A stretch of DNA of 64,000 nucleotides from Verrucomicrobiota bacterium (GCA_023391285.1 JAEWBF010000055.1:6705-70704); one strand, 5' to 3'; shown: positions 28,412-38,869, counted from the first letter of the stretch. Numbers and translations are program-made. Notes: generated from the letters alone by a model not told the origin.

Positions 28412-29884
28412 TCAGCGCACCGGCAGCGGAAGGAAGTCCCAATCGAGCGTCATCTTCTCGGCGAGTGCTTTTTTGAGCTCCGTCTCCACTTCGGCGTAAG
28501 CAGGATCTCCCGCGAGATTGCTCAACTCTGCCGGATCTTGCTCGAGATCGTAGAGCTCAAACGTCGGCCGCGGCGTGAAATACAGTTTCACAAATATCTC
28601 CTCGAGCGTCCCCGCCGCGTGCGCCGCCGTGATCTCTTTCCAACTCGGCTGCCCCACACTGTCGATCGGAGCCACCGGCGCATTGGGGGTGCAATTGTAG
28701 ATCAACTTGTAACGTTCGGAACGGATCGCCCGGGATAGATCGAAGGTCGCCGCCGACGTATCCGGGCGCATCCCGCCATCGCCACCATGCGGTCCGCGTT
28801 GCGCAAAGATATACCGCCGCGTCTCCGCGGTTTTTCCGCGCAACACATTCAAAAAGCTCACGCCGCTCATTTCCTTCGGCGCCTTTACGCCCGCCGCGTC
28901 CAGCATGGTCGGCGCGATGTCCTCGCCCGAGATCAACGCCTTCGTGCTCGTGCCCGGCTCCACCACCCCCGGCCAGCGCACCAGCAAGGGCACCGCGATG
29001 CCCGGATCGTGCAGGGCTCCTTTGCCGCGCGGAAAAGCCATGCCGTTGTCCCCCATGAACACGACCAGGGTATTCTCGTCCAAGCCGCGCGCCCGCAGCA
29101 CTTCGAGCACGTCCGCGATGTCCGCATCGAGATGCTCGATCTCCGCGATGTGCCGCGCGAGATCGCCGCGCACACCAGGCAAATCCGGAAGATACGCCGG
29201 CACGTCGAGTTTCGACGCATCCGGCAAACCTTGCGGCCCGTGCAGCGTCCACACGTGATGCGGGTCCGAAAAATTCAGCCAGAAAAACCACGGCTGGCCG
29301 TCCGGCACCTTCTCCAAAAACGAGTTTAGCTTCCCGCCGAAATCCTCCATCTCCCCCGGCTCCTGCGAGTAGTTGAATCTCCGCTCGAAACTCCGCAGGT
29401 CATGCTCGCTGATCATGCTCCAAATATTCGGCGAGCGTTCCGCGAACTTCTTCTCCGGCCCATCGAGATGATGATACCGCCCCGCGACGCCTGTGAAATA
29501 GCCCGCCTCGTGGCGCAACACATCCGGCAGCGTCACCACGTCCGGCGGCAGCGGAGCCGTAAACCTCACCATCCGCGCCGCCACGGGCGAGCGTCCGCTC
29601 ATCAGCGATGCTCGCGAGGGCACGCACGACGGCGACGTCACAAACGCCCGATCCGCCCGCAGGCCTTGCGCCGCCAATCGATCGAGATTCGGCGTGCGCA
29701 CATCTTTGTTACCATACGCGCCGAGATACGGATAGCTGTGGTCGTCGGAGAGCAGGAACAGGATGTTGGGCTTCTTCGGGGACGCATTCGCATCCGTTTT
29801 GCTTGCAGCCCGCGTCATCGGCAGCGAACAAAACGCCGCCAGCAAGCCGAGCACAGTCAGGGAGAGCCGAGTCTTTGGGGTCAT
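28412..29884 (-). CDS. Cys-type sulfatase (S1), exported
   Basis: 'KPNILFLLSDDH', 'CVPSRASLMSG' (CxPxR), 'GDNG', 'ELYDLEQDP'; signal peptide from MTPKTR. Confidence 0.92.
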   Translation of the reverse strand: MTPKTRLSLTVLGLLAAFCSLPMTRAASKTDANASPKKPNILFLLSDDHSYPYLGAYGNKDVRTPNLDRLAAQGLRADRAFVTSPSCVPSRASLMSGRSPVAARMVRFTAPLPPDVVTLPDVLRHEAGYFTGVAGRYHHLDGPEKKFAERSPNIWSMISEHDLRSFERRFNYSQEPGEMEDFGGKLNSFLEKVPDGQPWFFWLNFSDPHHVWTLHGPQGLPDASKLDVPAYLPDLPGVRGDLARHIAEIEHLDADIADVLEVLRARGLDENTLVVFMGDNGMAFPRGKGALHDPGIAVPLLVRWPGVVEPGTSTKALISGEDIAPTMLDAAGVKAPKEMSGVSFLNVLRGKTAETRRYIFAQRGPHGGDGGMRPDTSAATFDLSRAIRSERYKLIYNCTPNAPVAPIDSVGQPSWKEITAAHAAGTLEEIFVKLYFTPRPTFELYDLEQDPAELSNLAGDPAYAEVETELKKALAEKMTLDWDFLPLPVR

Positions 29885-29970
29885 GTGCGGTTCGAGTGCC
29901 CCACCCAACGAGCACACGCTTATCAAGCAAGTGCCGCCTTATTCATCCCGGCTAACAACCGGGCCGCCCG

Positions 29971-32001
29971 CTACCAACGCACCCAAAGTATCCGCTCACC
30001 ACCCGTCGGAATTCGACATGCTACCCGTCCTGTCGACGCGTCGAAATCGCACGTGACGTTCTGCCCATCACATTCCACCGCGCGCGGCCGTTTCCCCGCC
30101 CACCCTACGAACTCACCTCCGTCCCGCAGGCGCACGCAGCACGCCTCGACTCCTGTCCACGTGCACTCCACCACTGCGCCCGTGCTGTTGAACTTGTCCG
30201 CCAACCCCAACGCCGCGAAGCCGTGCTGTATCGGCGCGAACGATACCAATTCCCACTCCAACTCCGCCAAACGAAACGTCGCCGTCTCTTCGCGTCCACC
30301 CGTCCACACGAGACCGCTTCGATGCGCGAAGCCCGCGAACGTCTCGCCGGCGAGTCCTTCCACGTCCTTCGGTGCCACGCTATCCTCGATCGGTTCGCAC
30401 GACGCCGCTGCCGCTTCTGGCCAATGCTGCACATTGAACAGTCCCACGATCCCTGCATCTCCGTTTCGGTTGAACACCTTGAACAACACCCGCTCGTTCC
30501 TCGGATCCGCAAACAGACTGTCGCGCGTGGGCCGACCCGGTTGATCCGCTCGCAACACCGTTCCGTCCGCCAGCACGAGTTTTCTCATCAGCGCGAAATC
30601 ATGCGCGCCGGGTTTGTCCGACACATACACCGGCCCTCCCGACACCGCTCGCGCCGCCGCGTGAAACGCCCCCGCCGCATGCGCCGACTGAAACATATCC
30701 CAGTCCGGCAAAATGAACTCGCCGAACCACAGGCTCGTGTGGGCGTTGTTCAACACATGCTCGCCGTGCGTCTCCGGTCTCGCCGGATAAAAGTCGTCCG
30801 ATGTCCGCAACACCGTCGACTCCGCCGCGAGATACGCCGCCTCCATCGTGCACGACATGCAGTTGATCAATCGTCCGCCGAAGTGACGCCCCACCGACGC
30901 CTCGAGGGCTGTTCGATACGCCCGCGCCAACGCCACGCGTCCGCCCTGCCCCGCCGACACCGCTTCGAGCATCGCCTGATTGTCGACTTTCACGCCGTCC
31001 ACGCCCTGCGCCGCGAGTGACCGATGATAATCGTTATAAAACGCCGCGATCTTCCGTGCCGAGGGCACACCCACCACCGCCCCCCACGGCCGCACATTCC
31101 AACTCGGATCCATTCTCAACATCCCCGGCCCAAACGCACGCGCGACCGTCCGCGGTTCGTAGTCCGCCAATCGCTCTTCATCCAGTCCGCCCCAGTATCC
31201 CATCAATGCGTGCCACACGAGGAATCGCTCGATGCGAAACTCCTGCTTCGCCATCTGAACGACCGACGCGAGATCGCCACCGAATCGTTCGTTCGGCGCC
31301 AAACTCACGAGTCGCTCCTCGCCGCTTTCCGCGGTTCTTACCGATTGCCAGCCGTCATCGAGAATCATCCAGCGCGGCTGCACGCCACCCGCTGCGAACG
31401 ACTCCAGTCCCCGGCGGACCTTCTCCGCCGACACCTCGCGATAAAACGCGTCCCACGTGCACCAGCCGAAAAGATCGACGAAGTCCGGTTCCTTCTTCTC
31501 CTCGCGCAGACGTCCGCCACTCACCCGCCCCTTCACCGCCCGCGCTCCTCGCTTCACCAGTTCGAAAGGATCGTCCCCGAACCCAATCCAAAGCGCCACT
31601 CCTCCCGTGGTCATGATTTGCGGATCACCCGTTTCGGCACACGCGACGATCCCCTCCTCACTTCCGCGCAGCGAAAACCGCGTTCCACCGTCCAACAGCG
31701 GGACGATCAGAACCAGCTTTCCGCCTTCCAATTCCATCAGCAGCCACTGCGTCTCCCACTCAATCTGCTCAATCTTCGTGCCGAACTGCGCCTTCATCCA
31801 GAAGGGCCGGTGCCGAAAACCTCCTGTGAACCGCTTCAGTCCCTTCACACAGCCCACCCCGAACTCCTGATAGCACGCCGGACGATCGATCGACGCCCGC
31901 AGATACGCGCCGCCTTCCGCCTCCCCGTCCACGATCTTCCATGCCGGCGGCAACGTCTCGAACAACTCCACCGCATCGCTCCCGCACAATTCGGTTCTCA
32001 T
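29971..32001 (-). CDS. GH36 Sip1/raffinose-synthase-like alpha-galactosidase
   Basis: 'FGWCTWDAFY', 'ILDDGWQ', 'VWHALMGYWGG', 'GVDGVKVDNQ', 'PDWDMFQS', 'GPVYVSDKPG'; its ATG overlaps the upstream sulfatase stop (ATGA). Confidence 0.88.
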   Translation of the reverse strand: MRTELCGSDAVELFETLPPAWKIVDGEAEGGAYLRASIDRPACYQEFGVGCVKGLKRFTGGFRHRPFWMKAQFGTKIEQIEWETQWLLMELEGGKLVLIVPLLDGGTRFSLRGSEEGIVACAETGDPQIMTTGGVALWIGFGDDPFELVKRGARAVKGRVSGGRLREEKKEPDFVDLFGWCTWDAFYREVSAEKVRRGLESFAAGGVQPRWMILDDGWQSVRTAESGEERLVSLAPNERFGGDLASVVQMAKQEFRIERFLVWHALMGYWGGLDEERLADYEPRTVARAFGPGMLRMDPSWNVRPWGAVVGVPSARKIAAFYNDYHRSLAAQGVDGVKVDNQAMLEAVSAGQGGRVALARAYRTALEASVGRHFGGRLINCMSCTMEAAYLAAESTVLRTSDDFYPARPETHGEHVLNNAHTSLWFGEFILPDWDMFQSAHAAGAFHAAARAVSGGPVYVSDKPGAHDFALMRKLVLADGTVLRADQPGRPTRDSLFADPRNERVLFKVFNRNGDAGIVGLFNVQHWPEAAAASCEPIEDSVAPKDVEGLAGETFAGFAHRSGLVWTGGREETATFRLAELEWELVSFAPIQHGFAALGLADKFNSTGAVVECTWTGVEACCVRLRDGGEFVGWAGKRPRAVECDGQNVTCDFDASTGRVACRIPTGGERILWVRW

Positions 32002-33455
32002 ATCGATTTTTTCTCCGGAAATCCCCGCGGCAGCCGATCCGTCGGCGTCACATCCGAGGTTTGTTGCAGCCAATCCAGCATCCGACGCTCCAGTTGCGCG
32101 CGCACGGTCGCCAGCGCCGGATCCTGGTAACGGTTCACCAATTCCCGCGGGTCCGATCGCAAATCATACAGCTCCGATACGCCGAGCCGCCGATGAATCA
32201 GTTTGTGCGTCGCCGATCGGACCATCGTCGCCCGGCACACGCTCGGCGGCTGATCCTGCTGCAGCTTTCCTTTCGCGTAGTAGATGTTCGTCGGATCCTT
32301 GAAGATCGGATCCGAATCCACGCGCCCTTCGAAGTTCAACGGCTCATGCGGATCGTAACCGCCTTCCGCAAACGCGCACCGCTCCGGATCACCCGCGGCG
32401 CCGCGCAACTGCGGCCCCAGATCGCGTCCGAATTGTGGATACGCCGGCGGCTTTCCCGCGAGTCCCAGCAATGTCGCCGGCAAGTCCAGCAACTCCACCG
32501 GCTCGCGCACCACATGGCCGCGCCCCCCGCCCGGCAGTCGCACGATGAACGGCACCCGCGTCATCGTGTCGTCGAGCGCATTCGGCCACTTTTCCACCAA
32601 TCCAAAATCTCCCGCCCAATCGCCGTGATCGCTGAAGAACACGATCGCCGTGTCGTCCGCGAGCCCCGCAGCTTCGACCGCATCGAGCAACCGTCCGAAG
32701 AGCGCATCCACCACGCCAATCATCCCGAGATACACCGCGTTGATCTTTCGCATCAACGCCGGCTCCGTCTCATCCAGTCGACGGCTCTGCCGAATCAGTC
32801 GGTGAAAATCCGGTTTGTTCGGCCGCTCCGCCGGTCGCAGCGGCGGCAACAGATTCGGATCGATTAAATCATGCCACGGCGCCGGCGCGTGATAGGGCGG
32901 ATGCGGAAACGCGAGACTCAGCCACATCGCGAAGGGTTTCTTCGGCCGCGCCCGCAGATACTCGATCGCGCCGTCCACCGTGCGATAATCATTCAGTTCT
33001 TCGATGCGCCCCACCGCCGCTTCGTAGAGAAAACTCGCATAGCGCGGATCGTCCGTCGGAAACGGATTTCGCCCGCTCGCTTTCGCTGGCGGGAGTGAAC
33101 TGCGATCGCCGACGCGATAATCGTCCACGCTTCCCGCAAACGCATCCGGCGAAAGCGTGTCGTTCTTCCCGCCCCAGATTACTTCGTAACCCGCATCGCG
33201 AAATCCGCGCAGCAGATTCGGTTCATCGTCGCGCAAGGGATTCCACAGCGTGCGATGCCCGCGCACGTGTGGATACCATCCCGTCATGAACGAGCACCGC
33301 GACGGCGTGCAAACCGGATGCTGCGCATGGCACTGATCGAACCGCACCCCTTGCGTCGCGAATCGATCGATGTTGTGCGTCGGCGCGAGTGGATGCCCAT
33401 AGCAGCCGATCGATTCGGCCCGCATCTCGTCCGGGTTAAAGAGAATGAAATTCAT
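31998..33455 (-). CDS. Cys-type sulfatase (S1), no signal peptide
   Basis: 'MNFILFNPDEMR', 'CTPSRCSFMTG', 'SDHGD', 'ELYDLRSDP'. Confidence 0.92.
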   Translation of the reverse strand: MNFILFNPDEMRAESIGCYGHPLAPTHNIDRFATQGVRFDQCHAQHPVCTPSRCSFMTGWYPHVRGHRTLWNPLRDDEPNLLRGFRDAGYEVIWGGKNDTLSPDAFAGSVDDYRVGDRSSLPPAKASGRNPFPTDDPRYASFLYEAAVGRIEELNDYRTVDGAIEYLRARPKKPFAMWLSLAFPHPPYHAPAPWHDLIDPNLLPPLRPAERPNKPDFHRLIRQSRRLDETEPALMRKINAVYLGMIGVVDALFGRLLDAVEAAGLADDTAIVFFSDHGDWAGDFGLVEKWPNALDDTMTRVPFIVRLPGGGRGHVVREPVELLDLPATLLGLAGKPPAYPQFGRDLGPQLRGAAGDPERCAFAEGGYDPHEPLNFEGRVDSDPIFKDPTNIYYAKGKLQQDQPPSVCRATMVRSATHKLIHRRLGVSELYDLRSDPRELVNRYQDPALATVRAQLERRMLDWLQQTSDVTPTDRLPRGFPEKKSI

Positions 33456-33458
33456 CGC

Positions 33459-36400
33459 TTAAAATCCTTCGTTTCGCCGCAGCACGTCGCGCAACGTGAT
33501 CTCCACCAGTTTGAAGTCTTGCGGCTGCAATCGCATCACCATCACGAGGCCCCGCATATCAAGCCCCACCAGTCCGACCCGATAACGCTTCTCGTCCTCG
33601 ATCTCCTCCCGTTTCGGCAATGGCGAGATACGGACCCTCGATCCTTCGATTTTGCCGAGCGCGGTTTTCAATTCCGCGCCCGACAGCGTCATCGTTGCGA
33701 GCCGATGCCCAAACGAAAACGCCGCGAGATCGGCAACCCGCGTTTCTTCCGCGTGCTTCCAAGGCGCCCGTTCGCCCGACGCGTCTTCCTGCACCACAAA
33801 ATCGCAACCTAACGCTCGCCGCATCCGTCCGGCCGCGAACTCGTTCGCGTTACTTTCAATCGGTGGCGACTCCGCGTATCCACGTTCCCACTTCCATCGG
33901 CTGTCCATCCGCCGCGCCGCCACCAGCCGTCCTTCACGATCCGCCACCGCAAAATCCGGCGCCGGCTCGCGGCTTGCATTCAGCGCCACCAGCACGCCGT
34001 TCGCGTCGTAAAGTGACGCGTCGCTCGCCGCGACCCAGTAAACGAGCCGTTGCGGATGCTCCGGGTTGAAATGCAGCAGCCCAAATCCGCGCCCATCCCA
34101 ACCCCATTTCTGCCCATCGCTCGCCCGTAACACCCCGACCTTGTCGTTCACTTCGACCGGCAATCGCCCCGCGATCCGCGCCGCCACGCTGTTCTCCGCC
34201 GCCGATCCCAGCAGGATCACATTCGCTTTCTCCAAGTCCTCGCCCGTCACCTCATCATCCGTCTTCACGGGCAATCCGCCAAACATCATCAGCGGTCCCG
34301 ATTCCGAAGTTCCCGGCGCAAACCGCGACCGACGACTGAGCGCTTCGGCCATCGCCTTCAATCGCGCGGTCACTTCTGCCAAGCCCTGCGTCCCATACAC
34401 GATCATCAACGGTTCGCCGTGATAAAGCGCCGTGGCTCCTCCCGGGAAATGCAGTCTGAAGCTCGCTTCGTCCGGCAGCTCCGTCACCACTCGCACCGCT
34501 TCTTCATCATCAACCACGAACACGGTCTTCGGCAGCGGCGGCTCGAATCGCGCAATCGGTTTTGCATTCACCGCCACGACCATCGGCCAGTCTAAATCCG
34601 CCGGCGATTGGTCCAACGCGATCTTTATCACCCGCGCATTTTCCATCTTCACGTGCAACGCATTGCCGGCGTCGAAACGCGCGTCGATGCGCGCCGGCTT
34701 CCCCGACGGCCCCCACTCTTCCACTCGCGCCCAATACGCGCCGCGCGCGAGTTCATCCGTCCCCGTGTAAATCACCCGCTGGACCGATTCCACCGCCCCC
34801 CTCCGCCGGCCTTCCCGCCACGCGCGCATCGCCGCCCGCCCTTCGCTCCAGCGTCCAAATTGATGCCCGAGTCCCGTCGTCTCCGCCAGAATCGCGGCTC
34901 CGCCCGCATCGTTTAACCCTTGCACACCCGCGCGCGCGCCCGACACCGGCACCACGTAATCGTCGTCGCTGTGCAGCGCATAAGTCGGGAGGTTCAGCAT
35001 GTTCTCCGTCGGCAAATGCGCCGCCGAACCCGCCCACGGCACCGCCGTCGCCCACCGATCCGGGTGACGCGCCCCCAGCGTAAATGTCCCATAGCCGCCC
35101 ATGCTGCCGCCGGTCAGGTGAATCTCATCCTCCGCGATTCGCCAGTGACGCCGCACGTAGTCGGTCGCTTCCAACACATCGACTTCCGACAGCTCGATAT
35201 AACCTCCCGTGCGCCCTCGTCCATTGACGAACAGTTCGAACACGGGTTCCCGCTGCGCTTCACCCCAACGCGATCCATGCGTTCCTCCCGCGCCGTGCAT
35301 GTTCACCACGAGCGGCCATGCGCGCTCCGGCGTATAAGAATCCGGGATACGCAACGTAAACGGCTGTCCGCTTCCGTCCACCTCCGACCGATACGCCCAC
35401 TCGATCGCTCCGCGCTGCTTCGTCCAAGCGTTCGCGTCCGCCTCGAGCGCCGTCCGCCAACGCGCGACGCGATATGCGTGCCGCGCAACTTCCCCTTCGT
35501 CGCGCAGTGCCGCCGTCAGCGCATTTTCGAGTTTCTCGGCCAAATACAAAAACCACCCCGCTGTCGCCCCCAACCGCGTATCCGTGGCCGCCGCACGCGC
35601 CGCCTCCTTCTGCCGCGATGCGAATTCATCGACGTCCTCCACCGCCAGCATCGCCGTTTGACCGGCCATTGGTTTCTTCCCGTCACTCCGCGTGGAAATC
35701 TCGTAAGCGCCTTCGGCAAGTTCGACGCTCACCACCTCGCCGCCTTTCACCTCGCGATCCAACACCACTCGCTCGTCCGCGCCCATCACCACCAGCCGCT
35801 GCATCAACTCCGGGAAAAGCGTCTCGTCATGATTGAGCCCCGCCTCAATTCGCACCATCCACTTCACGCCATCTCGCTCGATCCCGACCACGCGAGGTTC
35901 CAACTGCAGCGTCGGCTCGAGCAGCGCGCGCGCTTTCGATCGCGGCAGCGCTTCCACCGCCGTTCCCCAACCTGGTCCATTCTGCTCGATTTTGACCAGC
36001 AGCGCATTGCGGCCGCGGTTGAGCTTCGCCCGAAACGGTTCCTCGCCCAGCCGCACACCACGCCCAGCCGCGATCCATGCCGTGTGCACCAGCTCACCAT
36101 TCACCCAAACTTTTCCGCCGTCGTCCGAACCAAAGAAGAACGTGATCGTCTGCGGCTCGGGCGACTCGATCCACGCGAACAAATACGCCACCCGCCTTTC
36201 TCCGTCCCCAAACAGCTGCGTCAGGTCCACCACGCCATTCGTCTTCGCGCTCAACCGCTGAGCCGTCACCTCGTCTTCAACGGTCGTCTCCGTCGTAAAA
36301 ATCGCCTTCTGCTCTCCGCCCAAACTCCTCAGAAAATCCCGCGCGAACCCCGCTCGCGTATACCCCTCTGGAGTCGGTGTCCGCAGCTTCTCGCTCGGAA

Positions 36401-36560
36401 AAGGTCCCACCACCAGCCACTCGCGGACAAATAGATCCTCCGCGCTCTGCTCGATCGAAAACACAGGCGCCTCCGCCGCCTGCACGACCCATGCCGCCAC
36501 GAGCAACGCACTCGTCACGAAGCTCCGCCACCTTGGCCTGAACACACGGGGTAAGATCAT
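33459..36560 (-). CDS. Large exported alpha/beta-hydrolase (esterase/peptidase-like) with N-terminal beta-sandwich and C-terminal 5'-nucleotidase-C-like segment
   Basis: 'GSDDGGKVWVNG' sandwich; 'PLVVNMHGAG', nucleophile elbow 'TGGSMGG', 'HSDDDYVV', 'GLGH'. Start uncertain (36560-36635). Confidence 0.75.
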   Translation of the reverse strand: MILPRVFRPRWRSFVTSALLVAAWVVQAAEAPVFSIEQSAEDLFVREWLVVGPFPSEKLRTPTPEGYTRAGFARDFLRSLGGEQKAIFTTETTVEDEVTAQRLSAKTNGVVDLTQLFGDGERRVAYLFAWIESPEPQTITFFFGSDDGGKVWVNGELVHTAWIAAGRGVRLGEEPFRAKLNRGRNALLVKIEQNGPGWGTAVEALPRSKARALLEPTLQLEPRVVGIERDGVKWMVRIEAGLNHDETLFPELMQRLVVMGADERVVLDREVKGGEVVSVELAEGAYEISTRSDGKKPMAGQTAMLAVEDVDEFASRQKEAARAAATDTRLGATAGWFLYLAEKLENALTAALRDEGEVARHAYRVARWRTALEADANAWTKQRGAIEWAYRSEVDGSGQPFTLRIPDSYTPERAWPLVVNMHGAGGTHGSRWGEAQREPVFELFVNGRGRTGGYIELSEVDVLEATDYVRRHWRIAEDEIHLTGGSMGGYGTFTLGARHPDRWATAVPWAGSAAHLPTENMLNLPTYALHSDDDYVVPVSGARAGVQGLNDAGGAAILAETTGLGHQFGRWSEGRAAMRAWREGRRRGAVESVQRVIYTGTDELARGAYWARVEEWGPSGKPARIDARFDAGNALHVKMENARVIKIALDQSPADLDWPMVVAVNAKPIARFEPPLPKTVFVVDDEEAVRVVTELPDEASFRLHFPGGATALYHGEPLMIVYGTQGLAEVTARLKAMAEALSRRSRFAPGTSESGPLMMFGGLPVKTDDEVTGEDLEKANVILLGSAAENSVAARIAGRLPVEVNDKVGVLRASDGQKWGWDGRGFGLLHFNPEHPQRLVYWVAASDASLYDANGVLVALNASREPAPDFAVADREGRLVAARRMDSRWKWERGYAESPPIESNANEFAAGRMRRALGCDFVVQEDASGERAPWKHAEETRVADLAAFSFGHRLATMTLSGAELKTALGKIEGSRVRISPLPKREEIEDEKRYRVGLVGLDMRGLVMVMRLQPQDFKLVEITLRDVLRRNEGF

Positions 36561-36689
36561 CGCAGGGCGCGAAGCATCGCCCGCGACACCTTCTCTCTCA
36601 AACACCCGCAAGTTCATCGTGATGAACTTCAGCAAACCGCGTCCTCTTCCTCGGGCGGGCCGCTGCTACCCGTCACTCCGTTCTCACGC

Positions 36690-37568
36690 TCACTCCGTCG
36701 CCGGCTGATACTGCTTCGCGAGCCACCGTATGATCTCCTTCCCCGAAAGCTCCGTGAGCTTGCCCAGGTTGTGCCCCACGTCCGGGTGAACCGTGTAAAC
36801 GTATTTGAATTTCAGCTCATCCAGGTGGGCGAGAAATCGGTGATGATTGTTCAACAACCGGTCCGCGCTGCCGCACACAAACTTCAGCGCGAGTTTATCA
36901 CGCAACTGATCCGCATGCTCCGTCGCCCACCGAAATGCCGTGTCGGCTTTCCCTTCGCTCGTCGCATCGAGATTCCAACCAAAGCCGCCCGCCATCGGCG
37001 CCGCCGCGCAAAACAGATCCGGATACTTCATCGCCAACCGCACGCTGCCGTCTCCACCCATCGAATACCCGGACGCCGCCCGCCCCTCGCGCGAGCCCAG
37101 TGTCCGATACTTCGCATCGATGTGCGGTATCAACTCCTTCACGATCCACGTCTCCGCCTTCACGTTCTGATCCGGCCAGTCCGCGTAGCGGCTCCGCGCA
37201 CCCCCATTCGGGAAAACATAAATGACTTCGCCAATCGTCCCCGCCTCGATTTCCTCCGCGACGACCCGCGCGAAGCCCGAGTCCGATTTCTCCGTCCCCG
37301 TCGCCCCGTGCAAAAAGAACACGACCGGATACCGCCGCGTGGTCGCGGTCGCATAGCTTGGTGGCAGATAAATGTTGTAACCGACCGTGCGGTTCATCGA
37401 AGCGCTGTGCACTTCGCCGTGAATCACTCCCGGCACGGGATCTGGCACATTCCACACCCAGTTTTCCGGATCGTGCGCTGGATTCTCAGAAGCGCGCTCG
37501 GCTGCACGCGCACTCAGCAGCAACAACGCACCGACGATACAAACACGGCTAAGCAACGACGTTTTCAT
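36690..37568 (-). CDS. Exported esterase (CE1/XynC-like alpha/beta hydrolase)
   Basis: 'YNIYLPPSY..RYPVVFFLHG', 'ELIPHIDAKYRT', 'GYSMGG', 'GHN'; start MKTSLL. Confidence 0.88.
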   Translation of the reverse strand: MKTSLLSRVCIVGALLLLSARAAERASENPAHDPENWVWNVPDPVPGVIHGEVHSASMNRTVGYNIYLPPSYATATTRRYPVVFFLHGATGTEKSDSGFARVVAEEIEAGTIGEVIYVFPNGGARSRYADWPDQNVKAETWIVKELIPHIDAKYRTLGSREGRAASGYSMGGDGSVRLAMKYPDLFCAAAPMAGGFGWNLDATSEGKADTAFRWATEHADQLRDKLALKFVCGSADRLLNNHHRFLAHLDELKFKYVYTVHPDVGHNLGKLTELSGKEIIRWLAKQYQPATE

Positions 37569-37790
37569 GGGGTGGCTGAGCTTCAACCGCTCTGCAAACT
37601 TCGCAACGCCACGCAGATTCATCTGGGTGAAACGCTGCCGAGCGTCCGCCGCATTCAACCGGAAGGATTTCGCTCCGTTGGCGATTCTCCTCCGCGCGGT
37701 TTTCTTTCACCGTCATGCGACGCTCCGCGAAACGCTCTCGGTCTTCGTCGCTTCACCTTACCCCCTAGAGCAAGGATCAATCCTCTCTCG

Positions 37791-38804
37791 ATGCGCGCCA
37801 CACTCGCCGATATCTCCGGCCAGACGGGCTACGCGAAATCCACCATCTCGATCGCGCTGCGCAACGATCCTCGCCTCCCACCAGCGACGCGACAGGAGAT
37901 TCAGGAAGTCGCAAAGCGACTCGGCTACCGCCCCGACCCCAGCCTCTCCGCCATCGCCGCCACACGCTGGCGTCGCGCCGAAGCCACGTCTGGCCTCACA
38001 CTGGCGTGCCTGTTCGATTCGCAAACTCCCGCGCCGCGCGTTCTGCGCGCCTATCTCGATGCCGCCGCCGAACGCGCGACCGACTTGGGCTATATCGCCG
38101 CACGTTTCGACCTGCGCGCCTACCCGAACGCCCGCGCGCTTTGCCGCGTCCTCGTCCAGCGCGGCGTTCGCGGCGTGCTCGTGCCACCCGTCTACGCTCC
38201 GGAGCTTCTCCGTGATTTCGATTGGTCGCTCTTCGCCGGCGTCAGCTCCGGCCAGGGCCTTTGGCGTCCGCCGTATCACGTGGTCAACACCGACGTCTTC
38301 GCCACCGTGCAAATCGCTCTGCGCGAATGCCTCGCCGCCGGCTACCGCCGCATCGGCGCCGCCTTGTTCATCCACCATCATTCCGCAGACGATGACGCGC
38401 GCCGTTTCGGCGCCGCGTTTCTCGAAATCGCTCACACCACCCGCGAGCGCGCGGAGATCCTTCCCCTTGAATCGGCGCCCGAAGATCGGGCCGCGTTTCT
38501 CGACTGGGTGTCTCAGAAGAAGCCGGAAGCCATCGTGGCCCTTCACTCCGGTGCCGCGCGCTGGCTGCGCGAGACCGGCTATCGCATCCCTCAGGACATC
38601 GCGGTTGTTTGCCTCGGCGACACGCCTCACCCCGAGCTGGCTCACATCAACCCTCAACTCGCCGACGTCGGTCGCGTCGCGGTCGAAATGCTCGACGTCG
38701 CCCTTCGTCACAACGAGATCGGCCCGCCCACCCGCCCGCGCGCGGTGCTCGTCACACCCGAATGGATACCGGGCCCCACTCTCGCCCATCGCGCCGCGCG
38801 TTGA
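37791..38804 (+). CDS. LacI-family transcriptional regulator
   Basis: 'MRATLADISGQTGYAKSTISIALRNDPRL...LGYRPDP'; this is the C-terminal 337 aa of track ORF 36771..38804. Confidence 0.9.
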   Translation: MRATLADISGQTGYAKSTISIALRNDPRLPPATRQEIQEVAKRLGYRPDPSLSAIAATRWRRAEATSGLTLACLFDSQTPAPRVLRAYLDAAAERATDLGYIAARFDLRAYPNARALCRVLVQRGVRGVLVPPVYAPELLRDFDWSLFAGVSSGQGLWRPPYHVVNTDVFATVQIALRECLAAGYRRIGAALFIHHHSADDDARRFGAAFLEIAHTTRERAEILPLESAPEDRAAFLDWVSQKKPEAIVALHSGAARWLRETGYRIPQDIAVVCLGDTPHPELAHINPQLADVGRVAVEMLDVALRHNEIGPPTRPRAVLVTPEWIPGPTLAHRAAR

Positions 38805-38807
38805 GCA

Positions 38808-38869
38808 GTAGTGCGGAGCTTTAGCCCGCACTGCTCGTCGTCCAGATGCGGGCTAAAGCCCCGCACCAC
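38808..38869. repeat. GTAG-type REP inverted pair (family B)
   Basis: GTAGTGCGGAGCTTTAGCCCGCA ... TGCGGGCTAAAGCCCCGCACCAC. Confidence 0.8.

Noticed and set aside
36771..37790. 340-aa N-terminal extension on the third LacI
   Set aside because: Antisense to the esterase gene; the HTH begins at ATG 37791
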